Shown: one piece after another, positions 31,000 to 45,016 of the stretch
Layout of the letters: each line of letters starts with the position of its first letter
How positions within the stretch are numbered: position 1 is the first letter of the stretch
Assembly: GCA_963733035.1 (NCBI GenBank)
Contig: CAVTBU010000005.1
Location: forward strand, 2,560,001-2,624,000
Source of the DNA: Pirellulales bacterium
GTDB lineage: Bacteria; Planctomycetota; Planctomycetia; Pirellulales; PALSA-1355
DNA length: 64,000 nt
Reading direction: 5' to 3'
Program-made: the position numbers and the translations under genes
The notes under the pieces: model-generated
Database searches by the model: none
What the model saw: the letters and a program-made list of their open reading frames with translations, nothing else
What the model was told of the DNA's origin: nothing

Positions 31000-33195
31000 A
31001 TGCACGACCTCTCCGTCGCCTTCGTCTGGCATCAGCATCAGCCCTACTACGTTGACGACGTGGCCGGTTTTAATCCCATGCCCTGGGTGCGGCTGCACGG
31101 CACCAAAGATTATTGGGGGCTGGCCATGCATCTGGCCGAAGTGCCCGAGGTGCATGCCACGATCAACTTGGTGCCGAGTTTGCTGCAGCAGATCCTGGGA
31201 TACACCAAGCACGGGCAGCAAGACGAACACCTTCGTGTTTCGCACTTGCCGGCCGATGGATTGAGCGAGGCCGAGGGCCGCTTCCTTCTCGATACGTTCT
31301 TCATGGCCAACCCGGACCAGATGATCCGGCCTTATCCGCGGTATTGGGAGCTCTACCAGCAACGTGGCCTGCACGTCGACAGCGCCGAGCGCGCGCTGCG
31401 TCGCTTTGCACCGCGAGACATCCTTGACTTGCAGTGTTGGAATAACCTGGTCTGGTTTCATCCGATCGCGTTTGAGAAGGACAAAGACCTGGCGGAGTTT
31501 CGCCACAAGGGAGGACATTGGACCGAAGACGAAAAGCGGTGGCTGCTCGACAAGCAGATGCAGCTCCTGGCCGAGGTAATTCCGCTACATCGGAAGCTGG
31601 CCGAACGAGGCCAGGTCGAACTCACCACGACGCCGTTTTTTCATCCCATCCTGCCGCTGCTCATCGACAAGCGGCTGGCCAAGGCCGCCATGCCCGGCGT
31701 GCATTTGCCCAAGCGACTGGAAGGCTATCCGGAGGATGCCGCCGAACATATTCGCCGCGCCGTGGCTTATCACACGGAACTATTCGGTAGCCCACCAGTC
31801 GGCATGTGGCCCTCCGAAGGTTCCGTCGCCCAGCCGATCATCCCACTGGTGGCGGCCGCCGGCATCCAGTGGATCGCCAGCGACGAGGAGATTCTATCCC
31901 GCTCAACCGATGGTTGGGTTTCGCGCGACGGCCAAGGCATGGTGCAGCACCCCGAAATGCTGTATTGCCCTTGGCGGGTGGAAGAATCGGGACACGAGCT
32001 GAGCATGATCTTTCGCGATCATGCTCTCAGCGACCAGATCGGTTTTCACTATCAGCGATATCACTCGGATCAGGCGGCCGAGGACTTGATTGGCAAGCTG
32101 GAAGCGATCGGGCGGGCGACCGAGGCTCATTCCGCGCGGCGGCCGACGCTGGTTAGCATCATTCTCGACGGAGAGAACTGCTGGGAGTACTACCCGAACA
32201 GCGGCGTCGAGTTCCTGCGGTCGCTGTACCACGGCATCGCGCGGCATCCGCGAATTCACGGCGTGCGCGTCCGCGATTACCTGGAAAAGCATCCTCCGAC
32301 CGAACGTCTCGGGCATTTGTTTGCCGGTAGTTGGATCAGTCATAACTTCGGCATCTGGATCGGGCATCCGGCCTGCAATCGAGCCTGGGACCTGCTCTCG
32401 GAGACGCGTGAAGTGCTCGTGCAGCAGGCCGCCAAAGTTGAGATCTCGCCCGCCAAACTAAAACAAGCTTGGGAGGAGCTCTTCATTGCCGAGGGGAGCG
32501 ACTGGTTCTGGTGGTTCGACGACCGGCATTCCAGCGCTCAGGACTCGCTGTTTGATGAACTATTTCGCAAGCGTCTGCAAAACGTCTACGCGCTCGTCGG
32601 CCTCGAGCCACCCGCCGCGCTACAGAAACCGATCGGTGGTGATCGCCGACACGTCGTGCCTTACACGCAGCCGACGGCACTGCTGCACGTGAAAGTAGAC
32701 GGCCGCGAAACCTATTTCGAATGGCTCAACGCCGGCCTGTATAGCACCTCGACCGGACGCGGCACGATGAACATGGCCGACGTTCAACGGATCGAAAAGG
32801 TGCTGTTCGGCTTTGACGACGACCGGCTGCTGCTCCGTTTTGACACGCAGGGCACGGCGCGCGATCGCCTGGTCGACGTCGATCAAATGCGAATCGCCTT
32901 TCTGCAGCCGGCCGGGTTTGAACTCTTGATCAGCCACCCCGGCAAGCAGCGGTGCACGGCCCGCTTGTTTCACAACGAGGTGCCGGTCAGCGCGCCCGGA
33001 ATCGAAGTCGCGATCGGCACGATCCTGGAAGTGGCAATCCCGTGGCGGAGTCTGGCCGCCGCGGCGGGTGCTCCGCTGCACTTCGTGACTGAACTATATG
33101 TTGAGGAGCGTTCCATCGAACGCATACCCCAGGAGGGTGCGCTGGAGACGACCGTGCCCTCGCCCGACTTCGAACTGATGATGTGGCAGGCCTAG
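31000..33195 (+). CDS. GH57 alpha-glucanase (amylopullulanase-like)
   Basis: WHQHQPYY, PWVRLHGTKDY, HPILPLL, GMWPSEGSV, ILDGENCWEYY, AEGSDWFWW. Confidence 0.9.
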   Translation: MHDLSVAFVWHQHQPYYVDDVAGFNPMPWVRLHGTKDYWGLAMHLAEVPEVHATINLVPSLLQQILGYTKHGQQDEHLRVSHLPADGLSEAEGRFLLDTFFMANPDQMIRPYPRYWELYQQRGLHVDSAERALRRFAPRDILDLQCWNNLVWFHPIAFEKDKDLAEFRHKGGHWTEDEKRWLLDKQMQLLAEVIPLHRKLAERGQVELTTTPFFHPILPLLIDKRLAKAAMPGVHLPKRLEGYPEDAAEHIRRAVAYHTELFGSPPVGMWPSEGSVAQPIIPLVAAAGIQWIASDEEILSRSTDGWVSRDGQGMVQHPEMLYCPWRVEESGHELSMIFRDHALSDQIGFHYQRYHSDQAAEDLIGKLEAIGRATEAHSARRPTLVSIILDGENCWEYYPNSGVEFLRSLYHGIARHPRIHGVRVRDYLEKHPPTERLGHLFAGSWISHNFGIWIGHPACNRAWDLLSETREVLVQQAAKVEISPAKLKQAWEELFIAEGSDWFWWFDDRHSSAQDSLFDELFRKRLQNVYALVGLEPPAALQKPIGGDRRHVVPYTQPTALLHVKVDGRETYFEWLNAGLYSTSTGRGTMNMADVQRIEKVLFGFDDDRLLLRFDTQGTARDRLVDVDQMRIAFLQPAGFELLISHPGKQRCTARLFHNEVPVSAPGIEVAIGTILEVAIPWRSLAAAAGAPLHFVTELYVEERSIERIPQEGALETTVPSPDFELMMWQA

Positions 33196-33204
33196 AGACC
33201 TCCG

Positions 33205-34212
33205 ATGCCCGACTTGCGTAAAGATCCAATTGTCGGCCGCTGGGTGATTATCGCCAAAAACCGCGCCAAGCGGCCCCACGAGCTCATCGACGGCACCGCC
33301 ACGCGCCCCACGGGTTCGTTCTGTCCCTTCTGCGAGGGTCACGAGAACCACACCACGCCGGAGATTGCCGCCTATCGCACGCCCGGCACACACCACGACA
33401 AGCCAGGTTGGCGTGTGCGCGTCGTGCCCAACAAGTTTCCAGCGCTAGAAATCGAGGGTGAACTGGGCAAACGCGGGCAGGGGATGTACGACATGATGCG
33501 CGGCGTGGGCGCGCACGAAGTGATCGTTGAGAGTCCCAAACACCTGACCAGCACGACGGACCTGTCGGCCGAGGCGCTGCGCGACGTGTTCTGGATTTAT
33601 CGCGACCGGCTGCTCGATCTGCAGCGCGACAAGCGCCTGGTCTACGGCATGGTGTTCAAGAACGTGGGGGCGGCGGCGGGCGCCTCGCTGGAACACACGC
33701 ATAGCCAGCTGATCGTTACGCCGATTGTACCGATTAACGTGGCGGAAGAGATTGACGGGGCAAGCCAGTATTATCGATATCGCGGTCGGTGCGTGTATTG
33801 CGACATGGTCGAGCAGGAGTTGTCGCAGGAGAAACGAGTCGTGCTCGACTCCCCGGGGTTTGTGGCATTTTGTCCGTTCGCGGCCCGGTTTCCCTTCGAA
33901 ACCTGGATTGTCCCGATTCAGCACGCCAGTCACTACGAAACGCTATCGCGGCCCGCGGCCGAAGAATTGGGGCGCGTTATCAAACGCGTGATGGAGAAAA
34001 TCGAAACCGCGCTGGACCGGCCGGCGTACAACTATATCATTCACACGGCGCCGTTTGACACTCCTGCGTTGGGTCACTATCACTGGCATATAGAGATTAT
34101 TCCGCGCGTCACGAAGACAGCGGGCTTTGAATGGGGGACCGGTTTCTACATCAATCCGGTACCTCCGGAAGAGGCGGCGACCTTCATGCGATCGTTGGAA
34201 GCCGCCCCGTAA
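33205..34212 (+). CDS. galT: GalT-family nucleotidyltransferase (galactose-1-P uridylyltransferase-like)
   Basis: [30 protein letters not shown] (HxHxQ), [15 protein letters not shown]. Confidence 0.8.
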   Translation: MPDLRKDPIVGRWVIIAKNRAKRPHELIDGTATRPTGSFCPFCEGHENHTTPEIAAYRTPGTHHDKPGWRVRVVPNKFPALEIEGELGKRGQGMYDMMRGVGAHEVIVESPKHLTSTTDLSAEALRDVFWIYRDRLLDLQRDKRLVYGMVFKNVGAAAGASLEHTHSQLIVTPIVPINVAEEIDGASQYYRYRGRCVYCDMVEQELSQEKRVVLDSPGFVAFCPFAARFPFETWIVPIQHASHYETLSRPAAEELGRVIKRVMEKIETALDRPAYNYIIHTAPFDTPALGHYHWHIEIIPRVTKTAGFEWGTGFYINPVPPEEAATFMRSLEAAP

Positions 34213-34330
34213 GCGGCGCAAGAATTTCTGGCAAGGATGACTGGATAAACCGGGCTCTCTTTGCCGATCACAACTTTACATCGAGCCCTCCCTGCAAACC
34301 CTCGCCCAGCGCCAACTTCTAAAGCCCGCC

Positions 34331-36520
34331 ATGTCGAACAACGTCCGCCTCATTTTCGTCTGTCACGATCATCAACCCGTCGGCAACTTTGATCACGTCT
34401 TCGAGCAGGCGTATCAGGACAGTTACAAGCCGTTTCTCGACGTATTCGAGCCCTACGAGTCGCTCAAGATCGGCCTGCATACCAGCGGTCCGTTGATGGA
34501 GTGGCTCGACGTGAATCATCCCGAGTATCTCGACCGCGTGGCCGCCCTGGTTCAAGCCGGTCGCATCGAGGTCATCGGGGGCCCGTTCTACGAGCCGATC
34601 ATGTCGATGATCCCCCGGCACGATCGCGTCGGGCAGATTCAAACCTTCACTCGCTGGATCGAGCGGCGGCTCGGCACGCAAGTGACCGGGGCCTGGATTC
34701 CGGAGCGCGTGTGGGAACAGAGCATGACCAGCGACCTGGTGGCCGCCGGCATTCGATACACGATGCTCGACGACTTCCACTTCAAGAATGCCGGTCTCTC
34801 GGACGACGAGTTGCACGGCTACTACCTGACCGAGGACGACGGCAAGCTGCTGGCCGTGTTCCCCGACAGCGAGCCACTGCGGTACATGATTCCCTTTCAG
34901 ATGCCGCACGAGACGATCGACTATTTGGGCCGCCTGGCCGCCCGTCATCCTGGCGCCATCGCGGTGTTCGGCGACGATGGCGAGAAGTTTGGCGCCTGGC
35001 CCGAAACCAAAAAACACTGTTACGACGACGGCTGGTTGCGCAACTTCTTCGATTTGCTGGTGCAAAACGGCGAGTGGATTCAATCGGTCACGCCCTCCGA
35101 GGTGCTCGACACCACCGCGCCGCTGGGCCGCGTCTATCTGCCCGAAGGCAGCTATCGCGAGATGACCGAATGGGTGCTGCCAGCCGAGCAGCTGGCGGAA
35201 TACGTCGCGGTTCGCCGCGAGTTGGAACACGACCCACGCTGGCCCCGCATCGCGCGGTTCGTCCGGGGCGGGTTTTGGCGCAACTTCCGGGTGAAGTATC
35301 CGGAAGCCAACGAGATGTACACCCGTATGATGATGGTCAGCAAGAAACTACAAGCCGCCCTTGAGGCCGGTGCCCAGCGCGACCTGGTCGATCAGGCCCG
35401 CACGGCCCTGTATCGGGGCCAGTGCAACTGTGCATACTGGCATGGCGCCTTTGGCGGCGTCTACCTGCCGCATTTGCGGAATGCGATTTTTCAGCAGCTT
35501 ATCACTGCCGACACGTTGCTCGACAAAGCACTCGGCAAGCCGGCCGAATGGGTCGAGCTGATCTCCGACGACTACACGTTCGACGGCTGGCAGGAAGTTC
35601 AGCTCGCGGGCGACCACCTGACGGCGCTGCTGGCACCGGGCAAAGGGGGCATGATCTACGAGCTCGATGTCCGCCAGATCGCCCACAATCTGCTGGCCAC
35701 GTTCACCCGTAAACCCGAGGCTTACCATCGCAAGGTGCTCGCCGGCGCCGACGACCGCAACGACGTAGCGGGCGTGATGGACAAAGTCATCTTCAAGCAA
35801 GAAGGGCTCGACGAGCGGATTCAATACGACAACCATCCTCGCAAGAGCCTGATCGACCACTTCTACGACCCACAGACCACCCTGGCCGCCGTGGCCCAGG
35901 GCGAGGCGCCCGAGCGGGCCGACTTCCACCTGCGTCCCTACGAAGCCCGCCTGCGTCGCAATCCCAAGCGGATGCAAGTTCAGCTTACATGCCAGGGGAT
36001 GGTCGGCGACGTGCCGCTCAAGCTGACTAAGAGCGTGACGCTGGCCGCCGGCAGCTCGACGCTCGAAATCGGCTACCTGCTCGAAGGCCTGCCGCAAGAC
36101 CGCACGCTGCACTTCAGTCCCGAGTTCAATTTCGCCGGCCTGCCCTCGGGCGCCGACGATCGATATTTCTACGGTCACGATCGCCAACGTTTCGGACAAC
36201 TAAGCACCCGGCTCGATCTGCACGATGCGGGCGAGCTCGGCCTGGTGGATGAATGGCTCGGTGTGGACGTGAATCTGGCTTTCTCACGTTCAACCGGGCT
36301 CTGGACTTTCCCAATCGAGAGCGTCAGCCAGTCGGAGGGCGGATTCGAACTGGTGCATCAATCGGTCGCCGTACAGCCGCACTGGTTCGTGCAAGGCGAC
36401 GAGAACGGCCGCTGGTCGGTTTCGATCCACCTGAATATCGACACCTCGCTTGCTGAAAGCCGCCGCGACCAGAATCAATCGAACAAGCAAGACGATCTGG
36501 CATTCCAGCACACGGCCTAG
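34331..36520 (+). CDS. GH57 4-alpha-glucanotransferase/alpha-amylase (DUF1925/DUF1926-type C-terminus)
   Basis: HDHQPVGNF, WIPERVWE, DDGEKFGAWP, SYREMTEW, WRNFRVKYPEAN, QCNCAYWHGAFGGVYLPHLR, VSQSEGGFE. Confidence 0.9.
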   Translation: MSNNVRLIFVCHDHQPVGNFDHVFEQAYQDSYKPFLDVFEPYESLKIGLHTSGPLMEWLDVNHPEYLDRVAALVQAGRIEVIGGPFYEPIMSMIPRHDRVGQIQTFTRWIERRLGTQVTGAWIPERVWEQSMTSDLVAAGIRYTMLDDFHFKNAGLSDDELHGYYLTEDDGKLLAVFPDSEPLRYMIPFQMPHETIDYLGRLAARHPGAIAVFGDDGEKFGAWPETKKHCYDDGWLRNFFDLLVQNGEWIQSVTPSEVLDTTAPLGRVYLPEGSYREMTEWVLPAEQLAEYVAVRRELEHDPRWPRIARFVRGGFWRNFRVKYPEANEMYTRMMMVSKKLQAALEAGAQRDLVDQARTALYRGQCNCAYWHGAFGGVYLPHLRNAIFQQLITADTLLDKALGKPAEWVELISDDYTFDGWQEVQLAGDHLTALLAPGKGGMIYELDVRQIAHNLLATFTRKPEAYHRKVLAGADDRNDVAGVMDKVIFKQEGLDERIQYDNHPRKSLIDHFYDPQTTLAAVAQGEAPERADFHLRPYEARLRRNPKRMQVQLTCQGMVGDVPLKLTKSVTLAAGSSTLEIGYLLEGLPQDRTLHFSPEFNFAGLPSGADDRYFYGHDRQRFGQLSTRLDLHDAGELGLVDEWLGVDVNLAFSRSTGLWTFPIESVSQSEGGFELVHQSVAVQPHWFVQGDENGRWSVSIHLNIDTSLAESRRDQNQSNKQDDLAFQHTA

Positions 36521-36542
36521 GTTCGTCGTGCTACGAGCTCTT

Positions 36543-36585
36543 GGAGCGGGGGGTGCAACTCCTGGTCGAGTTGCGTCCCCGCTTC
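36543..36585. terminator. Long GC-rich hairpin between convergent genes (probable bidirectional terminator)
   Basis: GGAGCGGGGGGTGCAACTC-ctggtc-GAGTTGCGTCCCCGCTTC between the GH57 stop (36520) and the MFS stop (36585). Confidence 0.55.
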
Positions 36586-37935
36586 TATTTGGCAGCCTCC
36601 GCGGGTGCCTGGTCGAGCTCTTCATCGGTGGAGATGCCGCCGGGAGCCGCCGGTCTTTCGTCCGGCAGATCGTGTCCGTCCAAGCGACCGTAGCGCCGCA
36701 GCTCCGGCACGCTCGCCGCCGCCACCAGCACGACCACCAGCGTTCCCAGTCCCCCAAACACGACGGCAAACACGGCGGAAGTAAGCCGTGCCAGCGTGCC
36801 GGATTCGAACTCGCCAAGCTCGTTCGAGGCGCTGATGAACATGCCGCTAATGGCTGATACTCGGCCGCGCATTCGGTCGGGCGTGAGCATCTGCACCAGC
36901 GTATGGCGAATGATGACGCTCACGCAGTCGAAGGCGCCCATTGAAAGTAGCGCCAAAAACGACAGCACGAACGACCGCGAGATTCCGAACACAAACGTCG
37001 AAACGCCAAATCCGGCGACGGACCACAGGAGCGATCGGCCCGCCTTGGCCATCGGCGGACGATGCATCATGGCCAGCGACATCGTCAGCGCACCGATCGA
37101 TTCGGCGGCCGCCAACCAGCCGTAACCGACTGGTCCCACTTCCAGGATGTCCTTGGCGAAGATCGGCAGCAAGGCTTTCGCTTCGCTGAGCAGCACGGCG
37201 AACATGTCGAGTGCCATGGCACCCAGAATCACCTTGTTTCGCCAGACGAACTCAAAGCCCTCGACCAGCGTCCGCATCGTGGCCGCCTGGGGCGTAAACT
37301 CCGACGGGCGGCGTTCGACGCGCGTCAGCAGCAGGATAAACACGGCCGCGGCCACCGCCTGGTACAAATAGGCGAAGTAAGCCTGGCCGAGCAGCCGCCA
37401 GCGACAAGCCACCAAGCGCCGGCCCGACGGCAGCCGCAAGTTGAAAGCCACCCAGGTTCCAGGTTACCGCGTTGGCGAACACCGATCGCGGCACCAGTTG
37501 CGGCAGCAGCGAACTCTTGGCCGGTTGTTGAAAGGCTCGGGCCACGCCGATCATGAACAAGCAGCCGTAAAGCCCCACGATGTGCCATTGAAAGAATGAG
37601 ACCGCGGCTAATCCTAGAGAAGCCAGGAGATTTAGCGCCAGCGCGCAACTCAAAACGATGCGTCGGTCGAATCGGTCAGCCACGTGCCCGCCGACCAAGG
37701 CCAGCGAGAGCACCGGCACGACCAGTACCAATCCAACCAGGCCGATGCTGAACGGATCGCCAGTCCGCTTGTAAACCTCCCACACCACGGTCACCGACTG
37801 CATTTGCATGCCCAGGATCGACAGCATGTTGCCGAACCAATACTTGCGGAAGTTGCCGCTACGAATGGCGGCATACGCATCGTGAACCGGGGGCGAGGGA
37901 GACGGGCTGGAATCGTCGGAGTTAGGCGTGCTCAC
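36585..37935 (-). CDS. MFS transporter (EntS/DHA3-like), apparent frameshift near 37400
   Basis: GGHVADRFDRR motif A in ORF 37252..38025; ALDMFAVLL, TPDRMRGRVSA, SNELGEFESG in ORF 36585..37451. Confidence 0.85.
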
Positions 37936-38103
37936 AGGTCCATTATGGCAAGCCCCCGGCCACAGGTAAGACCCTTCGCAAAATCCAAACGCTCCGGCGC
38001 GGTTCCACGATGGGCAAGCATCCACTCAGCCAACGTGCGCCCGATGGTCGACTGTGCGACAAACCATGCCCGGGTTGCTCGTTCGCGCATCGGCGCGGCA
38101 CGG

Positions 38104-39474
38104 CTAGGCCGGCAATAGTTCGGCGATGGGCGTGCCGTCGGCAGGAACCGGGATCGGCCGGCCCGAGAAGTCGGGGAACTGCAATCCCGTGGTTTGGATA
38201 CCCAAATGGCGGTAGATGGTCGCCAGAAAGTCGGACACGCCGACGCGCCGTTCGACCGCCTCGGCGCCGTTGCGGTCGGTCGCGCCGATCACCTGCCCCG
38301 TCCGCATTCCGCCGCCGGCAAACAACAACGAAGTTGCCAGCGGCCAATGATCTCGCCCCGGCTGGCCGTTGGCATAGCTGATCTTGGGCGTGCGACCGAA
38401 CTCGCCGGTGACCACGACCATCACGCGTCGGTCGAGTCCACGGTCGTATAGGTCCTCAATGAGAGCGGTAACGGCCTGATCGAAGTTTGGGGCTCGGAAT
38501 TTCATCACGTCGAATACGTGATGATTGACGGCATGATCGTCCCAGTTCTGGACTTTGCCAGCCTCGGGTCCGGCGAGCGAAGTCGTAACCAGATCGACTC
38601 CGGCTTCGACTAACCGGCGTGCCAGCAGGCATTGTTGGCCCCAACACGTACGCCCGTAGCGATCGCGCGTGCGAGACTCCTCTGTGGAAAGATCGAATGC
38701 CTCGCGCGTGGCAGGTGAGGTCAACATATTCCAGGCTTGCTCTTCGAACGTGTCGAGTGCCTCCATGTTGCCCCCCAGATCCAACGCACCACGCATCCGA
38801 TCGAACTGCTGGCGCAACCCACGCCGAGTCTCAATGCGCGCGGCTCGCTCCGAGGAATCGACCTGCACATTCTGGACGCGGAAGTCCGGCGCGTTCGGAT
38901 TGCCGTACACCGTGAACGGCTCGTAATTCAAACCGAGATACGCCGGACCCGTGTAGGGTACCGGAGGCACGCCGACGTAGTTCGGCAATGCGCGGCTGTT
39001 GTCGTTGCGCATCAGACTAGCAATCGAGAAGCAATCCGGATGGTCAGGCTTATTGCGCAGTTCGCGTACCGGGTGCCCGGTAAACATCTGCTGCACGCCT
39101 TGTTGATGACAGAACCCGGAATGCACCAGCGAGCGGAGAATATTGAAGCGGTGCGCCAGCTTGGCGTGTCGTGGCAAAAGTTCGCAGAACTGTGTCCCGG
39201 GCACGCTCGTCGAAATCGGCCGATACGGTCCGCGAATGTCGTCCGGCGCCAGCGGCTTCGGGTCGTAGGTTTCGAAATGCGACGCGCCACCGTGTAGCCA
39301 AATGACAATCAGTGCCGTACGCTCGCGAGAAGCCGGACCGGCCGCCCGGGCACGCAGTTGCAAGAGCCCCGGCAAGCTCAAGGAAGCCAACCCGGCCAGG
39401 CCGCAGCGCAGAAACTCTCGCCGCTGGGGAGCCTGCGCAAGTCGCGTGTTCGATGGACTAGGGTGGCACGGCAT
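38104..39474 (-). CDS. DUF1501 domain protein
   Basis: RREFLRCG Tat-like start, WLHGGASHFETYDPKP, RYGR..GQQCLLARRLVEAGV, WDDH, GEFGRTP, GRDHWP. Confidence 0.9.
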   Translation of the reverse strand: MPCHPSPSNTRLAQAPQRREFLRCGLAGLASLSLPGLLQLRARAAGPASRERTALIVIWLHGGASHFETYDPKPLAPDDIRGPYRPISTSVPGTQFCELLPRHAKLAHRFNILRSLVHSGFCHQQGVQQMFTGHPVRELRNKPDHPDCFSIASLMRNDNSRALPNYVGVPPVPYTGPAYLGLNYEPFTVYGNPNAPDFRVQNVQVDSSERAARIETRRGLRQQFDRMRGALDLGGNMEALDTFEEQAWNMLTSPATREAFDLSTEESRTRDRYGRTCWGQQCLLARRLVEAGVDLVTTSLAGPEAGKVQNWDDHAVNHHVFDVMKFRAPNFDQAVTALIEDLYDRGLDRRVMVVVTGEFGRTPKISYANGQPGRDHWPLATSLLFAGGGMRTGQVIGATDRNGAEAVERRVGVSDFLATIYRHLGIQTTGLQFPDFSGRPIPVPADGTPIAELLPA

Positions 39475-39622
39475 GCCGGAAACTCCGGGTGGCGGGAGCA
39501 CGCCCGCATTGTAGTGATTTCGCGATACGCAAGGAAGCAAATTGCCGGCACCGGCTTGCATGGTACTTGCCCCTCAAGCATGATGGCGATCAAGATTTGC
39601 TCCACATCGAGGCTAGACAACT

Positions 39623-42630
<3,008 letters not shown>

Positions 42631-42668
42631 TGATTCGCGTGCGAACGACCTGCGCGAATCAACGATCT

Positions 42669-43436
42669 TTACTTCTGATACACCTCGTCCAGGAAGCGAC
42701 GCGTTGCTTCCTGGCGGGGTGCGTCAAAGATCTGCTCGGTCGGACCGCTTTCCACGATGCGTCCCGTTTCAAAAACGTGCAAGGTTTGGGCAGCCCGACG
42801 CGCAAGGCGCAGCGAATGGGTCACCACGATCATCGTTTGGCCGCTGGCGGCGAGTTCCGTTATCACGGCTTCGACCTCCGCCGCCATGCGCGGATCAAGG
42901 GCGCTCGTCGGCTCGTCAAACAATAACACCTCGGGTTGCATTGCCAGGGCTCGCGCGATGGCGACTCGCTGCTGCTGGCCTCCAGAGAGCATGTCGGGCA
43001 TGTGCTCTAGCTTGTCGGCCAGTCCAACTCGCTCGAGCAGCGCCTTGGCGCGCGACACGGCCTCGTCGCGCGATAAACCGAGCACGTGGATGGGCGCTTC
43101 AACCACGTTGCCCAGAGCCGTGCGATGAGGAAACAGATTGAACTGTTGAAAAACCATCCCCACCCGGCGCCGCACGCGCTGCAAGAGCCGCGACTTCGTG
43201 TCGCTGGGGATCTCGGGGCTGAGCACTTCGCCCGCCACGTCAACCTCGCCGCCCTGAAAATCTTCCAAGCCGTTGAGGCAGCGGAGCAATGTCGTCTTTC
43301 CACCGCCAGAGGGACCAATGATGCCGCACACTTCGCCCGCGGCAACGGTTAGCGAAACGTCGTCGAGAATGACTTGGCCGTCGAATCGCTTCACGAGCGA
43401 ACGAACCGCAACGGCAGGTACCGCGTCGTGGCTCAT
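42669..43436 (-). CDS. Polar amino-acid ABC transporter ATP-binding subunit
   Basis: GPSGGGKTT, VFQQFNLFPH, LSGGQQQRVAIARAL, LFDEPTSALDP. Confidence 0.92.
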   Translation of the reverse strand: MSHDAVPAVAVRSLVKRFDGQVILDDVSLTVAAGEVCGIIGPSGGGKTTLLRCLNGLEDFQGGEVDVAGEVLSPEIPSDTKSRLLQRVRRRVGMVFQQFNLFPHRTALGNVVEAPIHVLGLSRDEAVSRAKALLERVGLADKLEHMPDMLSGGQQQRVAIARALAMQPEVLLFDEPTSALDPRMAAEVEAVITELAASGQTMIVVTHSLRLARRAAQTLHVFETGRIVESGPTEQIFDAPRQEATRRFLDEVYQK

Positions 43437-44962
43437 CGTCGGTGTCCTCCCAGCCGCCGGCCATCCATCCGTTTTTCCAAGTACGATGCCAGGCGTGCCA
43501 GCGGAATGCTCATCAGCAGGTAGAGCAGGGCGGTCAGGGCGGCAAGTTCCACGGTCGCGCCCGTGTCGTTGCGCTGCACGCTGTATTGTTTTGTGAGCTC
43601 CATCACGGTGATCACCGAGCAGACACTGGTGTCCTTGAACATCGCAATGAAGTCGTTGGTCACCGGCGGCACCACGATTCTCACAGCCTGTGGTACGATG
43701 ATCCGGCGCAACGCGAGCGACTGCGACATGCCAAGCGACAACGCCGCTTCCATCTGCCCGCGCGGTACGGCCTGCAAACCGGCACGGTAGATCTCCGCCT
43801 CGTACGCCGAGTAGTTGATCGCCAGTCCGGCCACCGCCGCGTAGAAAGCCGGAATCGCAATGCCGACTTCCGGCAACAGGTAGAACACCACATACAGTTG
43901 CAACAGCAGCGGCGTGCCGCGCAGCACCTCGACGTAGCCGATCGCCAGCCAGCGTAGCGGCGCGGGGCCGAACAGCCGCAACAGCGCGATGCCAAGTCCC
44001 AGCGCCATCGCCAGCGGCATGGAAACGCAAGCCAGCAGAATCGTCATGCCGGCCGCTTCCACCAGCAGCCAGCCGCGGCTCTTGATGACGCCCCAGCCGC
44101 GCAGCTCCGTGGCCCGAATGCCCAATTGCTCGTCACTTTGGCGGTCGAGCGTCGCCAGCTCCTGCTGCACGTCGTTCCATAGACCGTACCGCGTATAGAG
44201 CTCCTCGAGCTGTCCGCTGGCCAGTGCGTTGCCAATGGCGACATTGAGCGCGTTGCGCAGCGCTTCGTCACCGGGTCGAACAAAAATCACGTAGTAACCG
44301 CGCCCAACCGGCTGACCAATCTGCGTGAGCTTCGTAAAGCGGTCGCGATAGAATACAACCGCCGGCAAGTCGGCCAACGTCGCGTCGAGCTTCCCGGTTT
44401 CGACCTCGCGCATCGCGTCGGTCGTGCCTTCGTAGATCACGAGCTCCGCGTCGTCGGCATAGTGGTCTTCGAGATACGACTGCGCGGCGGACGCTTCCAG
44501 CACGCCAATCTTCAGCTTGGGTTGCTTCGGGTCGCGATGTTTCAGGTCGTCCCAACTCGTCAGCCGCGGGTTGTCTCGCCTGCCAAGCAGTATCAGCTGA
44601 TAGATGTAGTAGGGGCGGGTATGCGGATAGCGGCCGGCCCGCGCCGGCGTCAGTTCATAGCCGTTGAGGACGATGTCGATTTGGCGCGTCCCCAACAGGT
44701 CGAGCAAATTGTGCCATGGACCTTGAAAGAAACGTGGCGAGACGCCCAGATCGGTGGCCAGCAACTTGGCCAGCTCGGCTTCAAAGCCAATCATCGTGCG
44801 GGGATCTTGCGGATCGGGATAGACGTAGGGCCCGCCCCCCTCGGCATCGGCGCCCCAAATGAGTGTGCCGCGCTCCTCGATTGCCGCCAGCGTATCTTCG
44901 CCGCGCGCAGCCGTGCCGACAACGTAGGCGAACGACAAGAATAGGCAAACGAGAGCCCGCAT
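43433..44962 (-). CDS. Polar amino-acid ABC transporter, fused substrate-binding + permease subunit
   Basis: SBP_bac_3-like N-terminus (WGADAEGG.PY), then RGTPLLLQL, AYEAEIYRAG, GQMEAA, FKDTS. Confidence 0.9.
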   Translation of the reverse strand: MRALVCLFLSFAYVVGTAARGEDTLAAIEERGTLIWGADAEGGGPYVYPDPQDPRTMIGFEAELAKLLATDLGVSPRFFQGPWHNLLDLLGTRQIDIVLNGYELTPARAGRYPHTRPYYIYQLILLGRRDNPRLTSWDDLKHRDPKQPKLKIGVLEASAAQSYLEDHYADDAELVIYEGTTDAMREVETGKLDATLADLPAVVFYRDRFTKLTQIGQPVGRGYYVIFVRPGDEALRNALNVAIGNALASGQLEELYTRYGLWNDVQQELATLDRQSDEQLGIRATELRGWGVIKSRGWLLVEAAGMTILLACVSMPLAMALGLGIALLRLFGPAPLRWLAIGYVEVLRGTPLLLQLYVVFYLLPEVGIAIPAFYAAVAGLAINYSAYEAEIYRAGLQAVPRGQMEAALSLGMSQSLALRRIIVPQAVRIVVPPVTNDFIAMFKDTSVCSVITVMELTKQYSVQRNDTGATVELAALTALLYLLMSIPLARLASYLEKRMDGRRLGGHRR

Positions 44963-45016
44963 CGTGGCTCAAGTGTAACCGACCGCCCGTCCGAGACTAG
45001 AGCAGCCGCGCCGCGG

